Below, piece after piece: positions 45,646-56,974 of a DNA stretch of 64,000 bases. The position numbers were made by a program, and so were the translations under genes. The stretch spans positions 7,232,304 through 7,296,303 of the forward strand of contig NC_090418.1 in NCBI RefSeq assembly GCF_036365525.1, given 5' to 3'. How positions within the stretch are numbered: position 1 is the first letter of the stretch; each line of letters opens with the position of its first letter. The notes below the pieces were generated by a model. That model worked only from the letters and a program-made list of their open reading frames with translations, searched no databases and had not been told where the DNA came from. Source of the stretch: Heterodontus francisci (Eukaryota).

Positions 45646-47074
45646 CTAAGGGGACAGTCGAGTTTGGTGCTGGAAGTTGTACAAAGTGGAAATTCGAGAT
45701 GCAAAGTCTTGCCTTTGAAACATGTTAGAAAAAGGACTCAATAGGTCTTTTTTTTTTAAATAAAGCATCAATGTGTTGCATTAAACACTGTGTCAGAGTG
45801 AGTTGGAGTTTGTCATTGAACTAACCACATATGCACTGGTTCTAATTATTTGATCGACTCAACCACATTTTTGCACTTGAGCTGCTGTCTCACAGATAAA
45901 CAGCTGACACCAGCGGAATGTATCACAAAATATCGCTTATCACTTTCATCAACAGCACTGTGTCAAGAGTAAATCATTTGGGTCACACTGTCTGTCTTTT
46001 GAAAGTTCCTATACAATCTGCTTCCACTGCCCTTTCAGGCAGCACATTCCAGATCACAACAACTTACTGTGGATAAAAAAACTCCTCGCCTCTCCCTTTG
46101 GTGCTTTTGTCAATTAACTTAAATCTGTGTCCTCTGGTTACAGACCCTCCCTCCACAGGAAACATTTCCTCCTTATTCACTCCATCGAGACCCCTCATGA
46201 TTTGGAACACCTCTATTAAATCTCCCCTTAACCTTCTCTGCTCTGAGGAGAACAATCCAGTCTCTCCATGCAATGTAGTATAAGATGACAGGCTTGAATG
46301 CACTGTGATTCTCTCTCTCCCCTTCTCTTTGCAACATCTAGATAAGTTTGCAATCAGCACTTGCTATTTTTGCACAATTTCGAGAAGGCTTATTGAAAAC
46401 GAGTTTAAGAAGTGAAGACCACAAGGGGATATCTTAAGTCTCTGCGGACAACACAGTTAAAACACCGTGACACTACAAATAGTTTCATTTCTAAAAATCT
46501 GTTAAAGAGAAAAGGCAAATGTTTTGCACAAAACCTGTGTTCATTCTGAGCTATTAAAGTAATATGCGTCAAACTGGCACCTAGGAGGCTTGTGGCTGAA
46601 ATTTAAGCAACATCGACAGGAGCACAAGTGGGCAATAAGGGATCAGCTGCTCATTACACCCCCTGCCCAATATGCCCCTTGCCTGTTATATCCCTCTCCT
46701 CTTATACCCCCCTGCTCATTACACCCTCTGACCATCATACCCCTTGTCTATTATGCAGTGCAGTAACTATATTTCACAAAATACTTCAATGATTGCGAAT
46801 TGCACTGTATAAATGCAATTCTTCTGGTTTTGTTTTCTCATTGCAGAACTGTGAGTGTCAGCCTGGATTTTTGTGTGCTCAAGCCTCTGGTGTGGGTTTC
46901 GAACCCACAGCCTCCAGAATCGCAGGCAAGAATGTTACACATTGGTGAGAGCAAAACTCATTGGAGATCGGGGTGGGGATGGAGGTTCTCTGAATAGCGT
47001 TCAAGGAGGTTAACTGGGTTCAAATGTTCCACTTTGCCAAGCAGTACAAAATGGCATTCAGGGTTATCGTCGAG

Positions 47075-47250
47075 AGGAAGGTTTCCTGGAAGTGATGGAA
47101 CTGAATGCCCAAACGTTCAGCAGCAGTAATTGTGACAACACCGCACACATGTGACCACCACATTGCGCAAACCTTTATAGCACGAGACAAATATTTTCAG
47201 ACGTTATTACGCAAAATGTTTAATTTCGCATTTGCTTCAGTTTCACTTTG
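47075..47250. promoter_or_regulatory. Candidate interferon-responsive element cluster (GAS plus ISRE-like)
   Basis: TTCCTGGAA (47083-47091) overlapping GGAAGT; AGTTTCACTTTG (47239-47250); additional AGTTTCATTTC at 46481. Motif matches only. Confidence 0.3.
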
Positions 47251-49464
47251 GAGTGCAGAAGTGGCCGGGGTTGGATTTGAACCAAATTCCCGGAGCTGAA
47301 TGGTCAGTGTCGAACCCATTCTCTGGCTGTCCACTGAGTCCAGACTCCGTCCCAACCCATAGCCTCGCACTGTCTCGTGGTGGGGGAGGGTGTGACTGCC
47401 TAGTGTGGACAGAATCAGCAGATATATGGGTCCAATTCTATGAAGGCGTATGCGCAAAGAGACAGAGAGGAAAAGGATAGCAAAAAAAGATGCCAGTAAT
47501 TCAAATTTTTAACGATAAATTCATATGGAACATCAGTGACATTCCTTAGGGCAGGGGAATGGGAATATTGCAACAACAACTTGCATTTATTTAGCGCCTT
47601 TAGCATTGTAAAATGTCCCCAAGGAGCTTCACGGGAGCAATTATCAAACAAAATTCGACACCGAGCCACATGTGGGCATTTGAGGGCAGTTTGCCAAAAG
47701 CTTGGTCAAAGAGGCAGGTTTTGAGGAGCATCTTCAAGGGGGAGAGAGAGACGGGGAGGTTTAGGGAGGGAATTCCAGGGCTTAGGGCCCAGGCAGCGGA
47801 AGGCCAATGGTGGAGCGATGGAAATCGGGGATGTGCAAGAGGGCAGAATTAGAGGAGCGTTGAGATCTTGGAGGCTTTGTAGTGGCATAAAGTCATAGCA
47901 TCATGGCGGCACAGGAGGAGGCCATTCGGCCCACTGAGTCCGTGCTGGCTCGGTGGGGTTGCAGGAGTTTGCAGAGATAGGGAGGGTGGGGGCGAGGGCT
48001 AAGCCTACAAAACTTGGCTGAGATCAGGGTGTCAGATGTGCTTCAATGGTTTAACATCCTCGGCCCCTGAGATAGATGATGTGGTTTCAAGCACCACCCC
48101 AGGACTGTCAATAGCTGCTTCATTTCAGGTGAGATGTTAAACCGAGGCCCCGTCAGTCCTCTCAGTTGGATGCAAAAGATCTCCTGGTACTATGATGAAG
48201 GAGAGCAGGGGAGAGTCTCCCCAGTGGCCTGGCTGGTATGTATCCCTCAACCAACATCAGTCAAATAGATTATCTGACTGTTCATCTGATTGCTGTTTGT
48301 GGGATCTTGATGTGCGCAGCTTAGCTGCTGCGTGTCCACAAGAGTGACTACACTTTGGAAGTGCTTAGCAAGCTGTAAGGCGTCTTTTGGAGATTTGGGT
48401 GAAAGGGGCGATGTGCAAGGGGAGCCACTATGAATGGAAGATTAATCTCCAGGGCACTGGCGTGAGAATATTGCTTCTTTCATCCTCCTTGCTGTGGTAC
48501 CACCCACCTCCCCCCCCAAGCCATTCTTGAAATGCAGCTCCATCAACCAGTCAGTCCCTCGTGTAACATCTCACAGTCAGTGCCCACCCCCTCGGCCTAT
48601 GGCGGGGGGTGTGGAGGAGTGGGTTTAATGCGTGAAGGACTCTTTTATTGGCCACCTCATCAATGGATTCTGCGGTGATGAGTTCTGCGAAATGGGAAAC
48701 TCTCTCACTGGGCCTCAATACAGCTGGCGGGAACAGAGAGGAACAGAAACCAGACGAGACTGGCACAACTTCCTGACGTAATGCCCAATTTGGTCAATCG
48801 TGCCAGTTGGCTTGAGCGTCCTTGGCGTCTTGGCCCAGGGAGGATAATATCGGACAAAGCCAGCACTCCTCATCCCCATGTGCCGAGCAATCGCTGCAAG
48901 CTGTCGGCCTGTACTCTAGTGTTGCCAACTTTAGTTAGCTATATTTGCAGAAATGTCACCACATAACCTCCCCCACATCCCCACTCGCTCCTGCCATTGG
49001 TCCGTCCTCCAGGCGCACTGCCTTCCCACGCCCAATTGGGAAGGGAATAAATGTTTGGCTACCCAATCGGATTCATCTTGGCTGTTAACAAAACAGCTCT
49101 TCCTACCCTTTCCCCGCCCCGATCTCCAACATTTTTAGAACTATGAGTCCAAAGAAATTGAAAAAGAAAACTGTCTAATGTTTCCTAAGATTTTGCTCCT
49201 GGCTGTTGCTGATATCATTGTCTCCCCTCGAAATTAATTTTCAATTCCTGGAGAGTTCCGGGCAATTCTGGAGAGTTGGTAACCCACCAGTTGGCTCTGC
49301 CGGGTTTCATAGTGGAGTCGATGTGCATCTTCTTAACCGTTACCCACGTCCCAATGCAGAAAAATGATTCCTATGTTTATGTTGCGACTCATTGTCCAAT
49401 ATCCCTAAGGCTATAGGTCATTGACCAGTTGAGAAATGAAACCCCAATAGAACTAAGTTTTTAA

Positions 49465-50350
49465 GCAAGTTATAATGAACCTGCAAGAAACACTGGTTCA
49501 GCCTCAACTGGAACGTTGTGCCCAATTCTGTGCACCGCAGTTCAGGAAGGATGTGAAGGCATTAGAGAGGCCGCAGAAAGGATTCACAAGGGTGGTACAG
49601 TGGTTAGCACCGCAGCCTCACAGCTCCAGTGACCCGGGTTCAGTTCTGGGTACTGCCTGTGTGGGAGTTTGCAAGTTCTCCCTGTGACCGCGTGGGTTCC
49701 TGCCGGGGGCTCTGGTTACCTCCCAAAGACTTGCAGGTTGATAGGTAAATTGGCCATCGTAAATTGTCCCTAGTGTAGGTAGGTGGTAGGAGAATGGTGA
49801 GGATGTGGTAGGGAATACCGGATTAATGTAGGATCAGTATAAATGGGTGGTTGTTGGTCGGCACAGACTCGGTGGGCCGAAGGGCCTGTTTCAATGCTGT
49901 ATCTCTGAAATAAAAAAAAAGAATGCTTCCAGGGATGAGGAACTTCAGTTATGTGGACAGATTGGAGAAGCTGGGGCTGCTCTACTCCGAGGAGAGAAGG
50001 TCGAGAGGAGATTTGATGGAGATGTTCAAATTCATGAGGGCCCTGGACAGTGTAGATAGAGAGAAACTGTTCCCATTGGTGGAGGGATTGAGGATTTAAG
50101 GTCATTGGCAAAAGAAGCAATGGTGACATGAGGAAAAACTTGTCTACACAGCGAGTGGTTGGGATCTGGAATGCACTGCCTGAGAGTGGGGTGGAGGCAG
50201 GTTCAATTGGGGCTTTCAAAAGGGAACTGGATAATTGAAAAGAAAAAGATTTGCAAGGCTATTGGGGACAAGGCGGAGGAGTGGGACTAGGTGAATTGCT
50301 CTTGCAGAGAACCAGCACAGACACGGCCGGCCAAATGGCCTCCTTCTGTA
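49465..50350 (+). mobile_element. CR1 LINE 3' fragment split by a SINE
   Basis: LVQPQLERCAQFCAPQFRKDVKALE...; resumes after 49920. Confidence 0.82.
49591..49920 (+). mobile_element. HE1-like V-SINE inserted in a CR1 fragment
   Basis: Same family as 27610-27957, with an A-rich tail. Confidence 0.85.
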
Positions 50351-51379
50351 GCCATTCAATGCTGCTACTGAAAGGAAGCCCACTTTCCAATTTAAAAACA
50401 AACGCTGTGGGTTTGGCTGATAAGATAGCATTTATTGGCCATCTGGTAGTGACAATCTGGAACTCTCTCCCCCCACGAAGGTCTGGGGGTGAATTGAAAA
50501 CTTCAAATCTACGCTGGATAGATTTGGGTTGGATAAGGGTATTAAGCAATATGGAACCAAGATGGATTTGAGATACAGATCAGCCATGATCTAATTGAAC
50601 GGCAGAACAGGCTCGAGGGGCTGAATGGCCTACTCTTGCTTCGATCTTCCTTCCCCCTAGTTGCCCTGAATAGGTGACGGTGAGTCATCTTCTTGAACCG
50701 CAGCTGTCCATGACGAAATGGAGCTTCTTTCATGGTGCTGGGGAGTGAATGCCAGGATACTGTCCCAATGTTGATGAAGATTCGCCAATGATACTTCCAA
50801 CTCAGGATGGCATGTGACTTGGAAAGGAACTTGAAAGCGATGGTGCTCCCATGGCGCCGATGCTCTTTGACCTCCCTGGTGTTAAAGGTCACTGGGGAGG
50901 GAGGTGCTGCCGTGGAGAGCTTGGTGACTCGCTGCAGTGTGCCCTGTACATTACACACACTCCACCATATTTACATGGGTCTTTGTCAGAGTGAGTGACC
51001 TATCAGAGAGAGTTACCATGAGGGATGTGATATACGGGGGCTGCTCATGAGGGCCTGGATGACGGGGAGTGGGATATCGGAGAATGTCACAGTTCAGGTG
51101 ATTATACACGGCAAGTATTTATTGATGGGGGCCTCAATATCTGAAAGAGAGACGTGAATAAAACAGGAATCTTTCCGTGTCGTAAAAAAACATCAGCTGC
51201 TGTTGATTCATGTAATGAAAGAGAGGGGAAGTTAAGATGTGGTGAACCATCCCTATGATTCTGTTCAGCGACACTCATGACTCAGCGTCACTGGTCTGAA
51301 CAGATGTCCTGTAACCGCAACACAATATACCTGCAGGCAGATTATTTATGGAGAGGTAAACGTGCGGTGCCTCACAGTG

Positions 51380-52475
51380 CAGTGGAACTGTACACCAGTG
51401 AGGGTCAGTGCGTGTGGAACTGTACCCCAGTGAGAGTCAGTGTGTGTGTGGAACTGTACCCCAGTGAGAGTCAGTGCGTGTGGAACTGTACACCAGTGAG
51501 AGTCAGTGCGTGTGGAACTGTACCCCAGTGAGAGTCAGTGCGTGTGGAACTGTACCCCAGTGAGAGTCAGTGTGTGTGTGGAACTGTACCCCAGTGAGAG
51601 TCAGTGTGTGTGGAACTGTACCCCAGTGAGAGTCAGTGTGTGTGTGGAACTGTACCCCAGTGAGAGTCAGTGCGTGTGGAACTGTACCCCAGTGAGAGTC
51701 AGTGTGTGTGTGGAACTGTACCCCAGTGAGAGTCAGTGTGTGTGGAACTGTACCCCAGTGAGAGTCAGTGTGTGTGTGGAACTGTACCCCAGTGAGAGTC
51801 AGTGTGTGTGGAACTGTACCCCAGTGAGAGTCAGTGTGTGTGTGGAACTGTACCCCAGTGAGAGTCAGTGTGTGTGGAACTGTACCCCAGTGAGAGTCAG
51901 TGTGTGTGTGGAACTGCACCCCAGTGAGAGTCAGTGTGTGTGGTACTGTAACCCCAGTGAGAGTCAGTGTGTGTGGAACTGTACCCCAGTGAGAGTCAGT
52001 GCGTGTGGAACTGTACCCCAATGAGAGTCAGTGTGTGTGGAAATGTACCCCAGTGAGAGTCAGTGTGTGTGTGGAACTGTACCCCAGTGAGAGTCAGTGT
52101 GTGTGGAACTGTACCCCAGTGAGAGTCAGTGTGTGTGTGGAACTGTACCCCAGTGAGAGTCAGTGTGTGTGTGGAACTGTACCCCAGTGAGAGTCAGTGT
52201 GTGTGGAACTGTACCCCAGTGAGAGTCAGTGTGTGTGGAACTGTACCCCAGTGAGAGTCAGTGCGTGTGGAACTGTACCCCAGTGAGAGTCAGTGTGTGT
52301 GGAACTGTACCCCAGTGAGAGTCAGTGCGTGTGGAACTGTACCCCAGTGAGAGTCAGTGCCTGTGGAACTGTACCCCAGTAAGAGTCAGTGCGTGTGGAA
52401 CTGTACCCCAGTGAGAGTCAGTGCGTGTGGAACTGTACCCCAGTGAGAGTTAGTGCGTGTGGAAATGTACCCCAG
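51380..52475. repeat. 32/34-bp minisatellite
   Basis: Unit GTGGAACTGTACCCCAGTGAGAGTCAGTG(C/T)GT with a variable (GT)n spacer. Confidence 0.95.
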
Positions 52476-52854
52476 TTGTTTTGCACCCATGTATATCCAG
52501 CTTCACTCTCAGACTCATATCTCCCTGCCTTCTGACGCACAGGGGTATAAAGGAGCATGGAAGTACGCAGATGTATGGAGTTAGGTTAAAGATCAGCAAT
52601 GATCTGACTGAGTGGCGTAACGGGCTCGAAGGGCTGAATGGCCTACTCCTGTCCCAATGCTGATTCATCTGCCTCTTTGAGAGATGTGGGTCATCCAGGA
52701 CTATATCTGTTTTAATTCCACACACCACATCCTGTTGATTTGATGTGGTGCACAGTACAATGCACATGACATCAGCTCAATCCATGAGCTGAACCATTTG
52801 CTCACTGTTACTGAAACTCATCAGGAGGAAGTCTGAATTAAAAAGAAAACAAAC

Positions 52855-53300
52855 ACTTGCATTTCTGTAGTGCCTTTCACAACTTAGGACATCCCAAAGC
52901 TCTTTTACAGCCAATCAGTACTTTTGTAGTGTAGTCACTGTTGTAATGTAGGAAACATGGCACCAATTTGTGCACAGCAAGCTCCCACAAACAGCAAAGC
53001 GGTCATGACTGGATCATCTGTAACTTTTAGTAATGTTGATTGAGGGGTATATATTGGCCCAGGACACCAGGAATCTCCTGCTCCTCTTTGAAATATCGAC
53101 ATGGGATCTTCGACGTCAACCTAAGAGAGCAGACGGGGCCACGGTTTACTGCCTCGTCTGAGAAACGGCACCTCCAACAGTGCAGCGCTCCCTCAGTACG
53201 GCACTGGAAGGGTCCGCCTAGATTTTTGTACTCAAATCTCTTGAGTGGGACTTGAACCCACAACAATCTGACTCGGGGGTGAGAGTGCTACCCACTGAGT
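52855..53300 (-). mobile_element. Deu-domain/L2-tailed tRNA-derived SINE (SacSINE1-like), near full length
   Basis: Minus strand: tRNA-like head (ctcagtgggtagc...gggttcaagtcccactc), core tgtttgtgggagcttgctgtgcacaaattgg, tail tagaaatgcaagt. Related copies at about 1725-3320, 11920-12560, 13160-13545, 15485-15810, 21990-22125, 24050-24540, 33345-33570 and 48080-48390. Confidence 0.75.
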
Positions 53301-53779
53301 GACCAACACAAACGTGATTCTGATAAATGGCACAGTGGCAGTCTTGTCATCAGGGTTCGGTTTATTTAGGAATCAGGCAGTGAGTACATGACACATTACA
53401 CGTGGAACAGTTGACGCACAGCCACTTTTACTGGCTATGCTCATGGTTCTCCCACTGAACAGCCAGGTGGGAGTCTGTCAATAGGGCCTATTTATTTTGG
53501 TATAAACTTATTTCTTACAAAAATCTAGATTCAAGGTTTTAGCCTGAAATATATGGTCTGTATATACAGAAGCTAAAGGGAGGAATGAGGGTGGGACAGG
53601 GGACTCCCCAACGCTCTGGTTCTCGCTTCCACTCCCCTCACCCAACACCCTAACCTAAAAGCTGGCATGCTCAGTGCCACGAGGCATAGTGGCCTCTAAG
53701 AGGGCACAGATAGGCCCCATCAGGTGTTGGTGGGTTTGTCAGGCAGAGGTCCAGGCATGGAGTCCCTGACAAGATGCAT

Positions 53780-54055
53780 AATGCAAAAAGGCTAATGGAA
53801 TGCTGGTCTTTACATCTAGAAGACTAGAATACAAGGGGGTAGAAGCCATACTTCAGCTATACAAAGCCCTGGTTAGACCACACCTGGAGTTACTGTGAGC
53901 AGGTCTGGGCACCACACTTTAGGAAGAGTATATTGGCCTTTGAGAGAGTGCAGTGTAGATTTACTAGAATGATACCTGGACTGCAAGGGTAAGCTATAAG
54001 GAACATTTACACAAACAAGGGCTATATTCCCTGGAATTTAGAAGGTTGAGGGGTG
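53780..54055 (+). mobile_element. CR1 LINE fragment
   Basis: KANGML...LEYKGVE..LQLYKALVRPHLE. Confidence 0.82.
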
Positions 54056-54255
54056 AGATGAAAGTGACTGCCCTGAACATCAAGGGAACATTTGACCGAG
54101 TATGGCATCAAGGAGCCCGAGAAAAATTGGAGTCAATGGGTATCAAGGGGAAAACTCTCCACTGGTTGGAGTCATACCTAGTGCAAGTGAAGGTGGTTGT
54201 AGTTGTTGGAGGCCAATCATTTCAGTCCTAGGACATCACTGCAGGAGTTCCTCAG
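54052..54255 (+). mobile_element. Same LINE family, internal RT fragment fused to a CR1 fragment
   Basis: VTALNIKGTFDRVWHQG...GIKGKTLHWLESYL; matches the reverse complement of 26060-26270. Confidence 0.82.
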
Positions 54256-55389
54256 TGTGTGTCTGTGTGTCTGTGTCCTGGTCACTACCCAGTGAGGACC
54301 TGCAGTCTCTGCTGCCTGGGCGCTGTCAGTATCCACCCCCTGGGCATTGCAGACTCTGCCCCCCCCCCCCCTGCCCCAGGCACTATCAGTCTCTGAGCCC
54401 CTGCTGGGCAGTCAGTCTATCTCCCCTTGCCACTCAGTCTCTACCTCCCCGGGTACTGTCGGGCTAAAATCTGCTGCCCTCAGGTGGTGAAATGAAAAGG
54501 AACTCAAACATTAAATGCAGAGCTCTGTTATTGTCTGCAGCCAGGCTCGGTGAGGGTAGAGGGGTGGATAGAGGGGAGGAGTTGGTAAGGGGAGAGGGGG
54601 AAGAGTGAGGGGAGAGAGGGGCAGCGGGAGCTGATCAACGCTCCTGACCCCATGGTGAGTGTGCGATGCTGACCCCAAGACCTGTACACGTAAACAAGGA
54701 CCCTCACTTCTGATCGAGGGGGGGAGTCAGGCAGACTCGGGCTCTGCCCAGGCTGCTCGGCAGGCAGGGTCAGTTGACGGGTCGGCTCCCCTAGGCTCAC
54801 AGCTCATCCTCCTGCGATGCCTACCCTTGCCCTTGTCTCCCAGATCCGTCAGGGAGAATACACACGCCATCCAGATGGAAAATCCGAGCCCTCCGATCAG
54901 CATCACGCTGATGACACAAAGCAGCAAGACAAAGCACCAGAGATCCATTCGCTTCCGCTCGGCTGCCTGTCCACTGCTCACTGGATAAAAGAGGACACAC
55001 AGCCATTACTGAAATCCATCTGCATGTAGTGACCAGTTGACGATTCCCACACCCCACCCCTCCTCACCCACCCTCTCCTCAGACCCCATTCCTGCTGGGG
55101 TGTCAGTTCCCCAGCCACCAGCAAAGCCTCATCCAAGGGATCCGCTCTCAACCTCCGAGGATATTCAGCCATGGTTGGCATCACAGCTGAGCCTGACGCT
55201 GTCCTGGGAGATGGTCGACGTCACTGAAGGAGTGACTGAGACATGGGTGTTTGACATCCACCTCCTCCTGACACAAGGGGGTTCAGTTGAATTGTTGTCA
55301 CCCCATATAGCCAGGCAGGAGAGACTGATAGAGCGAGGGAGGAGAGCAAGAGATGCAGAGAAAGAAAAGAGTTAAAGTGAAAGATTCAG

Positions 55390-55546
55390 NNNNNNNNNNN
55401 NNNNNNNNNNNNNNNNNNNNNNNNNNNNNNNNNNNNNNNNNNNNNNNNNNNNNNNNNNNNNNNNNNNNNNNNNNNNNNNNNNNNNNNNNNNNNNNNNNNN
55501 NNNNNNNNNNNNNNNNNNNNNNNNNNNNNNNNNNNNNNNNNNNNNN
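55390..55546. other. Assembly gap (157 N)
   Basis: Run of n characters. Confidence 1.
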
Positions 55547-56535
55547 TTCACACACACAGACAGAGACAGACAGAAACAGAAAGCGCGCAACAGAAAAGAG
55601 AGACAGACAGTGAGAGACAGGGTGCCAAATAGAGAGAGAAAGAGACACAGGAGGCACAAAGAGCGAGAGAGAGAACCTAGAGACAGACAGTGAGGGACAG
55701 AAAGGGAGACACAGAGAGAGATAGACAGAGAGAGACAGGGAGAGACAGACAGTAGGAGACAGAGAGTGCTGTCTCACTTTCTCTCTCTACCTCTGTCTCT
55801 CTCTCTCTCACTATCTTTACCTCTGTCTCTCCCTGCTTCTGTCTTATGCTGGTTCTTTTTCTGTCTGTTTATCTTTGTATCTCTTTCTCACTGTCTCGCT
55901 CTCTCTCTCAGTCTTTGTTTCTCTGTTTCTCTCTCTCTCTGCCTCTCTGCATCTCTTTCTGTCTCTCTGTGTCTCTGTCACTCTGTCCGTCTTTCTCTAT
56001 GTCTCCGTCTGTCTCTGTCTCTCTCTCTCTGCCTCTCTGTGTCTCTGTCTCTCTATCGCTGTGTCTCTTTCTCACTGTTTCTCTCCATCTCTTTCTCTCT
56101 GTCTCTCTCTCTCAGTTTTGGATCTGTGTGTGTGTGTCTCTGTTTGTCTCTCTCTGTGTCTGTGTCTCTCTATCTTTCTGTCTCTTTCTCACTCTCTCTC
56201 TCCATCTCTTTCTCTCTGTCTCTCTCTCTCAGTTTTGGATCTGTGTGTGTGTGTCTCTGTTTGTCTCTCTCTGTCTGTGTCTCTCTATCTTTCTGTCTCT
56301 TTCTCACTCTCTCTCTCCATCTCTTTCTCTCTGTCTCTCTCTCACTTTTGGATCTCTCTGTGTGCGTCTCTGTTTGTCTCTCTCTCTGTCTCTGTTTCTC
56401 CCACAGTCTTTGTTTCTCTGTCCGTCTCTCTCGCTTCCTCTGTTTCTCTCTGTCTCTCTCATACCATCTCTCTCTTTCTGTCTGTCTGTCTATCTTTGTG
56501 TTTCTTTCTCACTGTCTCTCACTCGCTCTCTGTGC
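55547..56535. repeat. Low-complexity (AG)-rich then (CT)-rich degenerate microsatellite
   Basis: Purine-rich to about 55765, pyrimidine-rich after; internal duplications of about 110 bp at 56080-56380. Confidence 0.9.
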
Positions 56536-56974
56536 CAGACGATGGCAGTATTTCCAGTATATTATTGCTTGAATAAATAGCTAATTCATGAAGAGCTCTC
56601 ACTGTCCTTGCTCTGGGAGCTCGAGGAATGAAACCAACCAGCCGGAGGGAGGAGAATTGCCGAGAAGCCTATAAAACCCATGGAATGATTGTTTGGCCCT
56701 GGTTTGATCCCCTCCTCCCCCTGAAGGTGTTTATTCTGTATTTTGATGCATTGCACTGTGTTTGTGGGGCCCATATTTCCCCCAGGGAATGATCCCAGGG
56801 TCCCTGACTGTCCTGGAGCACAGTTGGGAGGAGGGAATCCCAACTGCCCTCTGCTGGTTGTAACTATAAATTGCCTCAAATTCCCTCCTGCTGGGGAGTC
56901 AGGGCTAATCAATTTAAAATTGTCACTTAGACAATGAGAAGGGTTAGCAAAAATATTTACACAGAGGGGTAGTG

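Noticed and set aside
51503-52190. Repetitive Cys/His-containing ORFs
   Set aside because: Alternating 32/34-bp minisatellite units.
54600-55380. Coding-like GC-rich segment
   Set aside because: Short broken ORFs with no identifiable motif; possibly decayed DNA-transposon sequence, which I cannot support.
55766-56580. 233-268 aa Leu/Ser/Cys-rich ORFs
   Set aside because: Translations of a CT microsatellite.
56586-56722. Possible terminal exon on the minus strand
   Set aside because: Weak polypyrimidine tract and no frame with a convincing TM or GPI segment.
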